Source of the DNA: Chthonomonadales bacterium | Lineage (GTDB): Bacteria > Armatimonadota > Chthonomonadetes > Chthonomonadales > CAJBBX01 | Direction of reading: 5' to 3' | NCBI GenBank assembly: GCA_049967475.1 | Contig: JBMFSQ010000005.1 | Coordinates: forward strand, 23,172-87,171 | Length of the DNA: 64,000 nt | In this document: positions 10,073-19,673 of the stretch, piece by piece | Layout of the letters: each line of letters begins with the position of its first letter | Numbering within the stretch: the first letter of the stretch is position 1 | Position numbers and translations under genes: made by a program | The notes under the pieces: model-generated | What the model was told of the DNA's origin: nothing | Databases searched by the model: none | What the model saw: the letters and a program-made list of their open reading frames with translations, nothing else

Positions 10073-11468
10073 CCAACCGCGCCGGCCCCTTCTACTGCTC
10101 CTCGCTGCGGGCTCCGCTCTTCTCGTTGGGGCCGCCGTTTGGGTGGCGCGGCCCGCCCCCAAGCAGACGCAGTCTTCAGACAGACTGGCTCTGGACACCC
10201 TTGTGGAATGCAGGAGCGCGTACCTTGCCTTACGGTTCCACACACCCACTAAAGGCGACGGCTTTAGGCGCATCTCGAGCAAGGTGTTGGACGATCTCTA
10301 CACCGTAGCCCTAGCCACGCGATCGCCGGGAGCTGTGCGCAGGCTGGTCCTTATGCGATACACCCTTGGGGACGCATCCTGGCAGCGAGATCTGGCGCTT
10401 CTTTGGCATACGCCGGAGGCCATGTCGCCGTTCCGCGTGGAACAGGAGCTTGCTCTATGGCACGACGTCCTCGCCTCGCACCCGGTCCCTGCACGACACG
10501 TGGCTGACCTCGCCGAGCGCGTGCGGCAGCTCAACTTAGGGTGGTTCGAGCACCTCGCCCTATCCGCGCTCTACAGGAATGCGTCCATGCCGTTGCAAGC
10601 CGCCAAAGAAGAGGAAGCTGCCCTTGGATCTGCGCTGGTCCTGCAGACGTGCCTCTCATTCCTGGCTCTTGCGGCGGTCCTGGGAACAGCGCTGGGCGTC
10701 GCGGCGGTGACGGCGATCCTGCGGCGGCGACGGCCATGGTGGCTCACTCCGGTACCGGCAGAACCGGTGTCCGTCCACCAGAGCCACGTCCTCAAGGCGA
10801 TCTTTGGAAGCTATGTGGCCGCGTATCTGCTCCTTGAGATCGTCCTCTCTCAAATAGGGCGGCCGATTTCCCAGGCCCAGCCTGTCGTGCGGGTAGCCGC
10901 ATCGCTGCTACTCACGGTGATTTGGGCCCTGGTTCCCTACGACGTCTACCGATCGTGGGGTCGCGTCGCCGGCATCACTCCATCCTTCATCGGATGGCGC
11001 ACCCGAAACCTGTTCGCAGATGTTCTCTTCGGCGTGTGCGGATATATGGTGGCTCTTCCCCTGGTCGCTTTGGCAACGGTCGTTTCGAGTTGGGTTTTCC
11101 GAGCCTTTGAGTCTCCCGTTCATCCGGCTCTGATGGAATTTGCCGGCAGCCGCAGCGCTTGGGTGCACGTTCTCCTCTTCATTCAGGCCGGATGTGTGGC
11201 GCCGCTCTTCGAGGAAACTTTATTCCGAGGAGTTCTGTACAAGGCGCTCGTCGGCCGCATCGGAATAGCCCCGGCTGTACTCCTTGCGTCGGCAGTCTTC
11301 GCGCTGCTCCACCCGCAGCTTCCAATTGGTTTTCTAGGTATCTTCATCTTGGGGTGCGTGTTTCATGGGCTGGCGATCTTGCGGGGTTCTTTAGTGCCCG
11401 CGGTAGTGGCCCATGCCCTCAATAACAGTATGATCCTGCTGCTCTTTGCGCTGATCCTTGGGAGTTGA
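10065..11468 (+). CDS. CPBP (Abi/CAAX-type) intramembrane protease
   Basis: APLFEETLFRG, FALLH, HALNN motifs. Confidence 0.9.
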   Translation: MNNQPRRPLLLLLAAGSALLVGAAVWVARPAPKQTQSSDRLALDTLVECRSAYLALRFHTPTKGDGFRRISSKVLDDLYTVALATRSPGAVRRLVLMRYTLGDASWQRDLALLWHTPEAMSPFRVEQELALWHDVLASHPVPARHVADLAERVRQLNLGWFEHLALSALYRNASMPLQAAKEEEAALGSALVLQTCLSFLALAAVLGTALGVAAVTAILRRRRPWWLTPVPAEPVSVHQSHVLKAIFGSYVAAYLLLEIVLSQIGRPISQAQPVVRVAASLLLTVIWALVPYDVYRSWGRVAGITPSFIGWRTRNLFADVLFGVCGYMVALPLVALATVVSSWVFRAFESPVHPALMEFAGSRSAWVHVLLFIQAGCVAPLFEETLFRGVLYKALVGRIGIAPAVLLASAVFALLHPQLPIGFLGIFILGCVFHGLAILRGSLVPAVVAHALNNSMILLLFALILGS

Positions 11469-11748
11469 CCGTTTGGAACCTGCCCGCGTCGTCATCCATG
11501 TGACACCTCGAGCTGCAGCAAATCGGCTGGCCTGCGATGGAGAACGCATCCGCGCCTGGGTCTGCGCCGTGCCGGCCGGCGGCGAAGCGAACGAAGCCGT
11601 CATCCGCCTTTTGGCCGAAGCTCTGGACGTGCCTCGGTCCCGCATCCGCATCGTGCGGGGACACACGGCACGCGTGAAGATCGTGTCCGTGGAAGGTCTG
11701 TCCATCGCAGACGTTCTTGATCGCATCCCTGGGGGAAAATCGTCCTGA
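11458..11748 (+). CDS. DUF167 (YggU) family protein
   Basis: VTPRA...AVPAGGEANEAV..LLA...RIVRGHTARVK. Confidence 0.85.
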   Translation: MGVDRLEPARVVIHVTPRAAANRLACDGERIRAWVCAVPAGGEANEAVIRLLAEALDVPRSRIRIVRGHTARVKIVSVEGLSIADVLDRIPGGKSS

Positions 11749-12113
11749 TGCCCATGCCTCTGTTGGCAGCAATGGCCGGCTCTGCGCCCCAGTGGGGAGC
11801 GCTGGCGGTGCTGATCATCGCGATCTTCGCGCCCTCTCTGTTGCCCCGCCTTGCCCGCCAAGCCGGGCGCCTTCTGCGCCGCTCCGTGCTCCGATCCCTC
11901 GGCTTCCCACAGGCATCAGGACCGGATGACCAGCCTCGCCGTCGTCCGGAGGTTCTTCCGCCGGAACATCGCACCCCCACGCTTCGCGCCGGCGCACAAA
12001 GGCCCATCCAGGGCCGCCTCCCGCAACCTCGGCCCGCCTCCATTTGGCCCCGCGTGATCCTTGCCGCCGCAGCGGCCGCTGTGCTATTATGGTATCTGTT
12101 GCACCCGCGATGA
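11748..12113 (+). CDS. Small membrane protein with TatA/B-like N-terminus
   Basis: LAVLIIAIFAPSLLPRLARQAGRLLR resembles the TatA TM-hinge-amphipathic helix; extra C-terminal TM. Confidence 0.5.
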   Translation: MPMPLLAAMAGSAPQWGALAVLIIAIFAPSLLPRLARQAGRLLRRSVLRSLGFPQASGPDDQPRRRPEVLPPEHRTPTLRAGAQRPIQGRLPQPRPASIWPRVILAAAAAAVLLWYLLHPR

Positions 12114-12129
12114 CCTACTAGGAGCCCCC

Positions 12130-12369
12130 ATGCCTCAGGTACATGTGTACGTAACCCTCAAGCCCACCCTGTTGGATGCCCAAGGCCGCGCCGTTCAGAA
12201 TGCCCTCCACGCCTTGGGCTACCCCGATGTGGAAGACGTGCGCATCGGCAAGTACATCGTCTTGACCCTGCGAGACGGACCCAATATCGAACAGGAAGTG
12301 GCAGATATGTGCAACCGCCTCCTCGCCAACCCCGTAATCGAAGACTACCGCTTCGAGGTGGTGAAGTGA
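12130..12369 (+). CDS. purS: Phosphoribosylformylglycinamidine synthase subunit PurS
   Basis: [12 protein letters not shown]...VRIGK...[10 protein letters not shown]. Confidence 0.95.
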   Translation: MPQVHVYVTLKPTLLDAQGRAVQNALHALGYPDVEDVRIGKYIVLTLRDGPNIEQEVADMCNRLLANPVIEDYRFEVVK

Positions 12370-13061
12370 AGTTCGGGGTAGTACGCTTTCCGGGATCCAA
12401 TTGTGATCAGGATGCCTTTTACGCCATCCGGGATGTGCTTCGCCAGCCCGTGGAATACATTTGGCACCAGGACACCTCCGTGCGCGGGTTCGATTGCATC
12501 ATCCTTCCCGGAGGGTTTTCCTATGGCGATTACTTGCGCACCGGCGCCATCGCGCGCTTCTCGCCTGTGATGGATGCCGTCATTCGTCATGCCAACGCAG
12601 GCCGGCCTGTTCTGGGCATCTGCAATGGCTTCCAAATCCTCTGCGAGGCCCATCTGCTTCCCGGCGCCCTCGTGCGCAATTTGGGCCGCAAGTTCATCTG
12701 CAAATACGTAACCATCCGAGTGGAGAATAATCAAACCCCGTGGACACGTGCAGCCCGAAGCGGGCAAGTGCTGCGCATCCCCATCGCCCACGGGGAAGGC
12801 CGATACGTGGCCGACGAGGCTACTCTGGCTGAACTGAACTCAGCAGGCCGCGTCCTCTTCCGTTACTGTGATGAAGAGGGGACCGTGGATGCTGCCAGCA
12901 ATCCCAATGGTTCTATGGAGAACATTGCGGGCATCGCCAACGAAGCGTTCAACGTGCTGGGAATGATGCCCCATCCCGAACGGGCATCGGAGCGCATCCT
13001 GGGCTCGACCCATGGTCGTATCATCTTTGAGAGCATTCTTCAATCCCTCATCCACGCCTGA
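12366..13061 (+). CDS. purQ: Phosphoribosylformylglycinamidine synthase subunit PurQ
   Basis: [37 protein letters not shown] overlap with purS. Confidence 0.96.
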   Translation: MKFGVVRFPGSNCDQDAFYAIRDVLRQPVEYIWHQDTSVRGFDCIILPGGFSYGDYLRTGAIARFSPVMDAVIRHANAGRPVLGICNGFQILCEAHLLPGALVRNLGRKFICKYVTIRVENNQTPWTRAARSGQVLRIPIAHGEGRYVADEATLAELNSAGRVLFRYCDEEGTVDAASNPNGSMENIAGIANEAFNVLGMMPHPERASERILGSTHGRIIFESILQSLIHA

Positions 13062-13090
13062 AGGGAGCCAAAATTCACCATCCGAACCTT

Positions 13091-13132
13091 GGAACCGTTC
13101 TGTTGCACCGGTCGTCTCATATCGGGTATAGT
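13091..13132 (+). promoter_or_regulatory. Overlapping ECF-type and sigma70-type promoter candidates for greA
   Basis: GGAAC-N17-CGTC (13091-13116) and TTGCAC-N18-TATAGT (13103-13132). Confidence 0.5.
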
Positions 13133-13162
13133 TCGCTATCGTTCTGCGGGGCTCATCCAAAG

Positions 13163-13194
13163 ATGCACTGGGGGGAGATGCTTCCCCAGTGCAT
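13163..13194 (+). promoter_or_regulatory. Strong hairpin in the greA leader
   Basis: ATGCACTGGGG / CCCCAGTGCAT perfect 11-bp stem; weak U-tract. Confidence 0.55.
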
Positions 13195-13237
13195 TGCTAT
13201 CGCATGAGCTTTGCAGGACCTACCCAGGAGACAACGG

Positions 13238-13717
13238 ATGTCGTCAGACCATCAGATCTATTTGACACCCGAAGGCTATAGCCGCATCGAACGCGAACTC
13301 GAGCGCCTGCGCACCGTGGAGCGCCGCGAAGTGGCCGACCGCATCCGCGAGTCCAAGCAGTTCGGCGAGTTCACGGAGAATGCGGAATACGAAGATGCCA
13401 AGATCGAGCAGGCCTTCGTAGAAGGCCGTATCCAAGACCTCAGGCGCATCATACAGGTGGCTCACGTTCTCAGCGATAGTGATATCCCAACGGACCGCGT
13501 GGGCATCGGCTCTCGCGTGAAGGTCCTCGATTTGGACACGAACGAAGAGTGGGACCTGCAAGTAGTAGGCTCCGTCGAGTCCGATCCGAATTTCGACCGC
13601 ATCTCCGATGAGTCGCCTGTCGGCGAGGCTCTCATGGGCCACAGAGTGGGCGACGAAGTAGAAGTTGCGATCCCGGACGGCATCCTCCGTTACCGCATCC
13701 TTCAGATCAGTAAGTAG
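13238..13717 (+). CDS. greA: Transcription elongation factor GreA
   Basis: LTPEGY, GEFTENAEYEDAK, ISDESPVGEALMG. Confidence 0.95.
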   Translation: MSSDHQIYLTPEGYSRIERELERLRTVERREVADRIRESKQFGEFTENAEYEDAKIEQAFVEGRIQDLRRIIQVAHVLSDSDIPTDRVGIGSRVKVLDLDTNEEWDLQVVGSVESDPNFDRISDESPVGEALMGHRVGDEVEVAIPDGILRYRILQISK

Positions 13718-13742
13718 CCGTCTCCGTCGCTGGGGATTTCCT

Positions 13743-15266
13743 GTGGAGGAACTGGAACAACGAGCGCAGCGCATCGCGTGGCTCCAGGAGCTGCGCGCGC
13801 GTGGCATAGACCCCTACGCCGTGGAGCGGTACCCGCGCACCGCCACCGCCCAACAGATCTTGGCCGATGATCAATCCTTCACCGGTGTCTCAGTGCGCGC
13901 AGCGGGGCGGCTGGTTGCCGTCCGCATCATGGGCAAAGCTTCCTTCGCCCATATCCAGGACGAGACCGGCCGCATCCAGATCTACGTGAAGCGTGACGTC
14001 GTCGGCGACGATGCCTACGAACGCTTCAAGCAGCTCCACATCGGAGACATTCTGGGTGTGGAAGGGGAAGTTTTCCGAACCCGCACAGGTGAGATCACCA
14101 TCCAGGCGGCGAGCTACACCCTCCTGGCCCTTTGCTTTCGCCCGCTTCCCATCGGGAAAGAGCGCGACGGCCGCCACTATTCCGGTCTGCAAGACGTCGA
14201 ACTGCGGTACCGCATGCGCTACGTGGACTTGCTGGCGAACCCGGAAGCGCGGGCAATCCTCGTGAAGCGCATAAAACTGGTACAGGCCATCCGCCGTTAC
14301 CTCGACAGCCGCGGCTTCCTGGAAGTGGAGACGCCCGTCCTGCAGGCCGAGGCCGGCGGCGCTGCAGCCAGGCCCTTCCGCACACACCACAATGCCCTGG
14401 ACACCGACTTCAAACTGCGCATCTCGCTGGAGCTCTACCTCAAACGGCTCATCGTGGGAGGCTTCGAAAAGGTGTACGAGATCGGGCGCGTGTTCCGCAA
14501 TGAGGGCATCTCCACCCGGCACAATCCCGAGTTTACTCTCCTGGAACTGTATCAGGCCTACGCTAATTTGGAGGACATGGAAGACCTGGTGGAGGACATG
14601 TACGTCGCCGTCGCCACCGCCGTAAACGGATCCCCGCGCTTCCTAACGAGAACGCCTGGCGGCGCCGAGGTCGAAGTGGATTTCTCCCAACGCCCGTGGC
14701 CCCGCATCCCGATCCTGGAAGGCATCCGCCGGTATGCCTCCATTGAACCGCAAGAACTGGCGGACCTGCAATCCGCTAGGAGTGCCGCTGCACGCGCTGG
14801 GCTCTGTGTGGAAAGTGAGCACACCCTCGGCGGCATCATCGAGAAGCTCCACGAACACTTCACCCAGCCCCATTTGATCCACCCCACCTTCATCACCGAC
14901 TTCCCAGTGGAAACTTCGCCGCTGGCCAAGAAGCATCCCGACAACCCATCGCTCACCCGCCGCTTTGAGGTGTACGCCGCAACTCAAGAGTTAGGGAACG
15001 CCTTTTCCGAGATCAACGATCCCCTAGATCAGCGCGAGCGGTTCGCCAACCAGCTTGCCCAGCGCGCCGCCGGCGACGAGGAAGCCCATCCCATGGACGA
15101 AGACTTCATTCGGGCCCTCGAATACGGAATGCCTCCGACGGGGGGGCTGGGGATCGGGATTGACCGCCTCGCCATGGTCCTTACCGGCGCTTCCTCGATC
15201 CGTGACGTGATCTTCTTTCCACTTCTCAGACCAGAAAGGAGCCCGATGCCGAACGCTTCCCAGTAG
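13743..15266 (+). CDS. lysS: Lysine--tRNA ligase (class II)
   Basis: RYRMRYVDL, GGAAARPF, FRNEGISTRHNPEFT, EYGMPPTGGLGIGIDRL. Confidence 0.97.
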   Translation: MEELEQRAQRIAWLQELRARGIDPYAVERYPRTATAQQILADDQSFTGVSVRAAGRLVAVRIMGKASFAHIQDETGRIQIYVKRDVVGDDAYERFKQLHIGDILGVEGEVFRTRTGEITIQAASYTLLALCFRPLPIGKERDGRHYSGLQDVELRYRMRYVDLLANPEARAILVKRIKLVQAIRRYLDSRGFLEVETPVLQAEAGGAAARPFRTHHNALDTDFKLRISLELYLKRLIVGGFEKVYEIGRVFRNEGISTRHNPEFTLLELYQAYANLEDMEDLVEDMYVAVATAVNGSPRFLTRTPGGAEVEVDFSQRPWPRIPILEGIRRYASIEPQELADLQSARSAAARAGLCVESEHTLGGIIEKLHEHFTQPHLIHPTFITDFPVETSPLAKKHPDNPSLTRRFEVYAATQELGNAFSEINDPLDQRERFANQLAQRAAGDEEAHPMDEDFIRALEYGMPPTGGLGIGIDRLAMVLTGASSIRDVIFFPLLRPERSPMPNASQ

Positions 15267-15275
15267 CGCTGGAGC

Positions 15276-15968
15276 ATGGGACGGGCACCATCGCCTATGG
15301 ATGACGCAGCTGCGAGGGCGCGTATGGTGCGGGAGCAACTGGAAGCTCGCGATGTACACGATCGCCGGGTACTCGAAGCTATGCTCCGTGTGCCGCGGCA
15401 TCGTTTCGTCCCCGAAGCCCTGCGCAACCACGCCTATGAAGACCGGCCGCAACCCATAGGCGCAGACCAGACCATCTCGCAGCCCCTCATGGTAGGCATC
15501 ATGACGGAGCTGCTGCATCTGTATGGCGACGAACACGTGCTCGAGGTCGGCACGGGATCCGGATACCAAACTGCTATCCTCGCCGAACTCAGCGCCTCCG
15601 TAGTAAGCATCGAGCGGGTGCCCGAGTTAGCAGAACGGGCCAGAAACCTGCTGGAGGCCCTCGGTTATCGGAATATCGAAATCCACGTGGGCGACGGCAG
15701 CTTGGGATACGCCCCGCGCGCCCCCTACGACCGCATCCTCGTAACCGCTGCTGCGCCTTACATCCCCCCTCCCCTGATCCAACAGCTCGCTCCGCGCGGC
15801 CGCCTGGTGGCGCCCATCGGCAACGAGAACTTGCAGATGCTCACCATCGCCTACAAGGATGCCGGCGGCCGCGTGTTTACGGACGAATGCGGGGAATGCA
15901 TGTTTGTGCCCCTTATCGGCCACCACGGGTTCGCCGGACCCGCCTCAAACCGCCCGCCGCATGCCTGA
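15276..15968 (+). CDS. pcm: Protein-L-isoaspartate O-methyltransferase
   Basis: VPRHRFVP, QTISQP, VLEVGTGSGYQTA, APYDRILVTAA. Confidence 0.95.
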   Translation: MGRAPSPMDDAAARARMVREQLEARDVHDRRVLEAMLRVPRHRFVPEALRNHAYEDRPQPIGADQTISQPLMVGIMTELLHLYGDEHVLEVGTGSGYQTAILAELSASVVSIERVPELAERARNLLEALGYRNIEIHVGDGSLGYAPRAPYDRILVTAAAPYIPPPLIQQLAPRGRLVAPIGNENLQMLTIAYKDAGGRVFTDECGECMFVPLIGHHGFAGPASNRPPHA

Positions 15969-16064
15969 GCACTATCCTTCTCCAAGCCGAGAATACAAAG
16001 GGGGCGCCGGCCGGCAAAACAACGCCGTAGACTTCCGCGCCGCGATAGAATTCCTTCGAACAGT

Positions 16065-17072
16065 ATGGAGCAGCCGCCTTCCATATCCGTACTCGTTGTT
16101 GACGAACACGCCAAGGAGTGTGAAGTTCGCACCGGCGCGCTTCGCCGGGAGGGGTACTCCGTGGAGAGTGCCCTCTTTGAGGAAGGCCCCCGAAAAGCCG
16201 GTACTGGCGCTTACACGGTCGTCCTTTGTGACGGCATCACGGGGATGGGAGCGCGAACGATCCGCCTCATCACCCGCGAGGCACCTCATGTTCCCGTAAT
16301 TGCCGTTGTGCGGGCAGGCAATGCTCCAGAGGCGCACCGGGCCAGGGCGATGGGCGCCACCGAGATTGTGACGCAACCATTCGGGATACACGACCTTCCG
16401 CTGGCCATCGAAAGAGCCATGCGCGCGGCCGGGATTTGGAACCGCACCTGCCACCGCATCCGTGTGGCCGCCGAAGCCGACGAAACTGCCCTGGATGCCC
16501 TCCTTTCGGCCATGCGCACCAAGGCTGCCGACCCGCATGAAGATCCGGAACGCATCGCAACCTACGCCATGGAACTGGCCTCGAGGATGCATCTTCCGGA
16601 AGAGCTCCAGAAAGACGTAGCCCGCGGAGCACTCCTCCACGACGTAGGGAAGCTTGCCATCCCCGATGCGATCCTGCTCAAGCCGGCGCCACTCTCAAAC
16701 GCCGAATGGGTGGAGGTGCAGGCTCATCCGATCATCGGATACCGCATGTGCGCGGCAATCCCAGCACTGCGCCCCGCGGCAGAGATCGTACTCCATCACC
16801 ATGAACGGTGGGACGGCTGCGGCTATCCCGATGGCCTGGCAGGCCAAGAGATCCCGTTGGGAGCCCGCATCGTAGCCATCGCTGCAGCATTCGATGCCAT
16901 AACGGCAGGGCGTTCCTATCGTCAAGCGGCAACGGTAGATGAGGCCCGCAAGGAGATCGCCCGATGTGCTGCCACACAGTTCGATCCTGATCTGGCCGAC
17001 GCGTTCCTGGCAGTGCCGGAGGCACGCTGGCAGACGCTGTTGGACCTCTTCATACCGCTGCGCACCCAATAG
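16065..17072 (+). CDS. REC + HD-GYP domain protein (partly degenerate)
   Basis: Receiver-like N-terminus; LHDVGK, HHHERWDGCGYPDGL. Confidence 0.88.
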   Translation: MEQPPSISVLVVDEHAKECEVRTGALRREGYSVESALFEEGPRKAGTGAYTVVLCDGITGMGARTIRLITREAPHVPVIAVVRAGNAPEAHRARAMGATEIVTQPFGIHDLPLAIERAMRAAGIWNRTCHRIRVAAEADETALDALLSAMRTKAADPHEDPERIATYAMELASRMHLPEELQKDVARGALLHDVGKLAIPDAILLKPAPLSNAEWVEVQAHPIIGYRMCAAIPALRPAAEIVLHHHERWDGCGYPDGLAGQEIPLGARIVAIAAAFDAITAGRSYRQAATVDEARKEIARCAATQFDPDLADAFLAVPEARWQTLLDLFIPLRTQ

Positions 17073-17084
17073 CCGTACCCTTCG

Positions 17085-17492
17085 TCAGCTCCTAAGACGG
17101 GCCATCGCCCGAACGACGCCGCTTCTTGCTTCGTCGGCAATAGGAGCCAGATCCGGGTTCCCCAACATCTCCATCATCAGCTTGGGATCCTGCACGCGCA
17201 CGTTCACGGCACCGCCGCACTCGTGCACCACGACGCTGCACGGCAAGTACATGCCGATCTCGTGTTCCACTGTGATAGCCCGTGACGCCAACCTCGGGTT
17301 GCATACGCCGAGGATGCAGTAGTTCTCGAGATCAAAGCCGATCTTGTCTTTCAATGTCTTGCAGACGTCTATTTCTGTTAGCGTGCCAAACCCTTCCGCC
17401 TGGAATGCCTCCTTCACGCGTGCCTTCACTTCCTCGAACGGCGCGTTGATGCATGCGCTAAGCTCGTCACCGGCTGGTATGGACTGCGCCAT
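17085..17492 (-). CDS. DUF302 family protein
   Basis: GFGTLTEIDV, ILGVCNP, GMYLPCSVVV. Confidence 0.9.
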   Translation of the reverse strand: MAQSIPAGDELSACINAPFEEVKARVKEAFQAEGFGTLTEIDVCKTLKDKIGFDLENYCILGVCNPRLASRAITVEHEIGMYLPCSVVVHECGGAVNVRVQDPKLMMEMLGNPDLAPIADEARSGVVRAMARLRS

Positions 17493-17623
17493 TTCATTTA
17501 ATCCTTCCTAACCGCTTACGACGCGTTGAGATGCTTGCTCCAATAAGTATGGCTCTATTCTACGCCATTTCGACGGCAACCACGCCACTCAGCAGATTGG
17601 GAAGACGGCCTTTCGGCCTGTAC

Positions 17624-17652
17624 TTGACAATATCGCGATATTACGATATACT
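17624..17652 (+). promoter_or_regulatory. Sigma70 promoter with a palindromic operator (probable ArsR site)
   Basis: TTGACA-N17-TATACT; perfect palindrome AATATCGCGATATT at 17629-17642 over the spacer. Confidence 0.75.
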
Positions 17653-17673
17653 CTCAGACACAAGGAGTTGCTT

Positions 17674-18000
17674 ATGACCGGAACTCGACACAGGCCACTC
17701 ATAGACATGGAAACCCTGGAGCGCATGGCGCCCATCATTCGCAACGCGGCCCATCCCCTGAGGCTGCGCATCCTGGATTACCTGGATAGCGAAGCAGAAC
17801 CGCGCAACGTTGGCCAGATCATGCAGGCTACCGGCGCTGCGCAATCCCTCGTAAGCCAGCAGCTCCGCATCTTGCGGGACCAAGGCATCCTCACGGCACG
17901 CCGTTCTGGCACGCACATCTGGTACGCCATCGCCGACCGGAGCGTCCTTTTGCTGTTGGAGTGCATCCGCAACCGGGGATGCTGTTGCGAAGATCCGTAG
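17674..18000 (+). CDS. ArsR/SmtB family transcriptional repressor
   Basis: AHPLRLRIL, QSLVSQQLRILR, C-terminal ECIRNRGCCC. Confidence 0.9.
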   Translation: MTGTRHRPLIDMETLERMAPIIRNAAHPLRLRILDYLDSEAEPRNVGQIMQATGAAQSLVSQQLRILRDQGILTARRSGTHIWYAIADRSVLLLLECIRNRGCCCEDP

Positions 18001-18097
18001 CGCCTGTGCTGCGGCCCATGCCGGCCGGGCGCCGGGTGTTTCTCATTCTCGGCGATGCAATCTGTACAAGGTTCATTCGATGGAAGAGGTCAGACCC

Positions 18098-19621
18098 ATG
18101 AACAGGAAGATTGTTTGGACCGCTGCCGCATCTACTCTCGCGGTGATTGGTGTCGCGGCAGCGCTCATGGTCACATTGGACCGCAACCCGGCTGCCAAAG
18201 CCAAATCCTCGGAGCCTGAAGAGCCGAAGGCGATCCCCGTGGCCTTCTACACTGTGGAGCCCGTAGGCACCACGAGCTGGCTCGACGCCACCGGCACGGT
18301 GCGCCCTGAATTTGAGGCCGTAGTCGCCACGAAGGTGAGCGGTCGGGTGATGAGTGTCCTGGTGCACGAAGGCGATCACGTGCGCAAGGGACAGCCTTTG
18401 GTGCTCTTGGATGCGCGCGATCTGGACGCGGGCATCGTCCAGGCTCAAGCGAACCTCCGCTCGGCAGAGGTGGGTTACCAGAATGCGCGCGTGGCAGCGG
18501 ATATGGAAACCTCAATGAGCCGCTCCCGCGTTCAGGCAGCCGAGGCAGAGTTGAAGCAGGCCGAGGCAGCCCTGCAGGCCGCCACTGCCCGCCAGCAGCA
18601 AGTAGATACCGGCCCTCGGAAGCAGGAGCGCGCCCAAGCCAGTTTGGCCGTGCTCCAGGCCAAGGCGAACCTGGACCTGGCGGAGAGCAATCTGCGGCGC
18701 ATGCAGAGCCTGGTTGCCGACGGAGCCATCTCCCAGCAGCAATACGACATCACACGCACTGCGCGCGACGTGGCCAAGGCCCAGTATGAGGCCGCCGTAC
18801 AGCAGCAGAGCATGGTGGATGAGGGCAGTCGCGCAGAGGAGCGTCGGCAAGCACAGGAGGCCGTGCGCCAGGCCCAAGCCGCCGTGGCTCAAGCCCAAGC
18901 GGGACTGAGGCAAGCCAAGGCGGCAGCTCTCCAAGCAGAAGTCCGGCGTGAAGAGGTGAAGGCTGCCAAGGCGCAGGTAGGCCAGATGCGGGCCGCCCTC
19001 CAGATCGCCCGTGTGATGCGGGACTATGCCACCATCCGGGCGCCATTCGATGGCGTAATCGCGGCAAAACTCGTGGATCCCGGCGCTATGGCCAACCCCG
19101 GAACGCCTCTGCTTCGCGTGCAAGGCGGCAGGATCCGTCTGGAAGCCGTTGTACCCGAGAGCGCCCTCAAATGGGTGCAGATGGGCTCTGCGCTGCCCGT
19201 GGATCTCGACGCCCTGGCGGGGCACAGGTTCATGGGCCGCGTCAGCGAAATCGCGCCGCAGGGAGACCCGGCCAGCCACACCTTTGTTGCCAAAGTAGAC
19301 CTGCCCGCAACAGCGCGGATCCGAGCCGGCATGTTCGGACGCGCCCACATTGCCACCACGCATGAGCACCGCATGCTCGTTCCGGCTCCAGCGGTCTTCG
19401 AGCGCGAAGGGCTTCATTACGTCTTTGTCGTGGACGACCAGAACGTAGCCCGCCTGCGCCTGGTAACGGTGGGCGACGAGGTAGATGGCCGACGCATGGT
19501 TCTTTCGGGGCTCAATCCCGGCGAGCGCATCATAGCCCAGGTGCCGCCCAGCCTTACGGACGGCGCGAAGGTGCTGGAAGCGGCATCCCAGCATGCGCAG
19601 ATAGCCCGCATCAGCCGATGA
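18098..19621 (+). CDS. RND efflux periplasmic adaptor (membrane fusion protein)
   Basis: N-terminal TM, GRVMSVLVHEGDHVRKGQPL, long coiled coil, IRAPFDGVI. Confidence 0.92.
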   Translation: MNRKIVWTAAASTLAVIGVAAALMVTLDRNPAAKAKSSEPEEPKAIPVAFYTVEPVGTTSWLDATGTVRPEFEAVVATKVSGRVMSVLVHEGDHVRKGQPLVLLDARDLDAGIVQAQANLRSAEVGYQNARVAADMETSMSRSRVQAAEAELKQAEAALQAATARQQQVDTGPRKQERAQASLAVLQAKANLDLAESNLRRMQSLVADGAISQQQYDITRTARDVAKAQYEAAVQQQSMVDEGSRAEERRQAQEAVRQAQAAVAQAQAGLRQAKAAALQAEVRREEVKAAKAQVGQMRAALQIARVMRDYATIRAPFDGVIAAKLVDPGAMANPGTPLLRVQGGRIRLEAVVPESALKWVQMGSALPVDLDALAGHRFMGRVSEIAPQGDPASHTFVAKVDLPATARIRAGMFGRAHIATTHEHRMLVPAPAVFEREGLHYVFVVDDQNVARLRLVTVGDEVDGRRMVLSGLNPGERIIAQVPPSLTDGAKVLEAASQHAQIARISR

Positions 19622-19673
19622 GATCCGTGTTGTCGTACTCCTTCCCGATCTTTAGCCCTTGGAGGCTCTTGCA

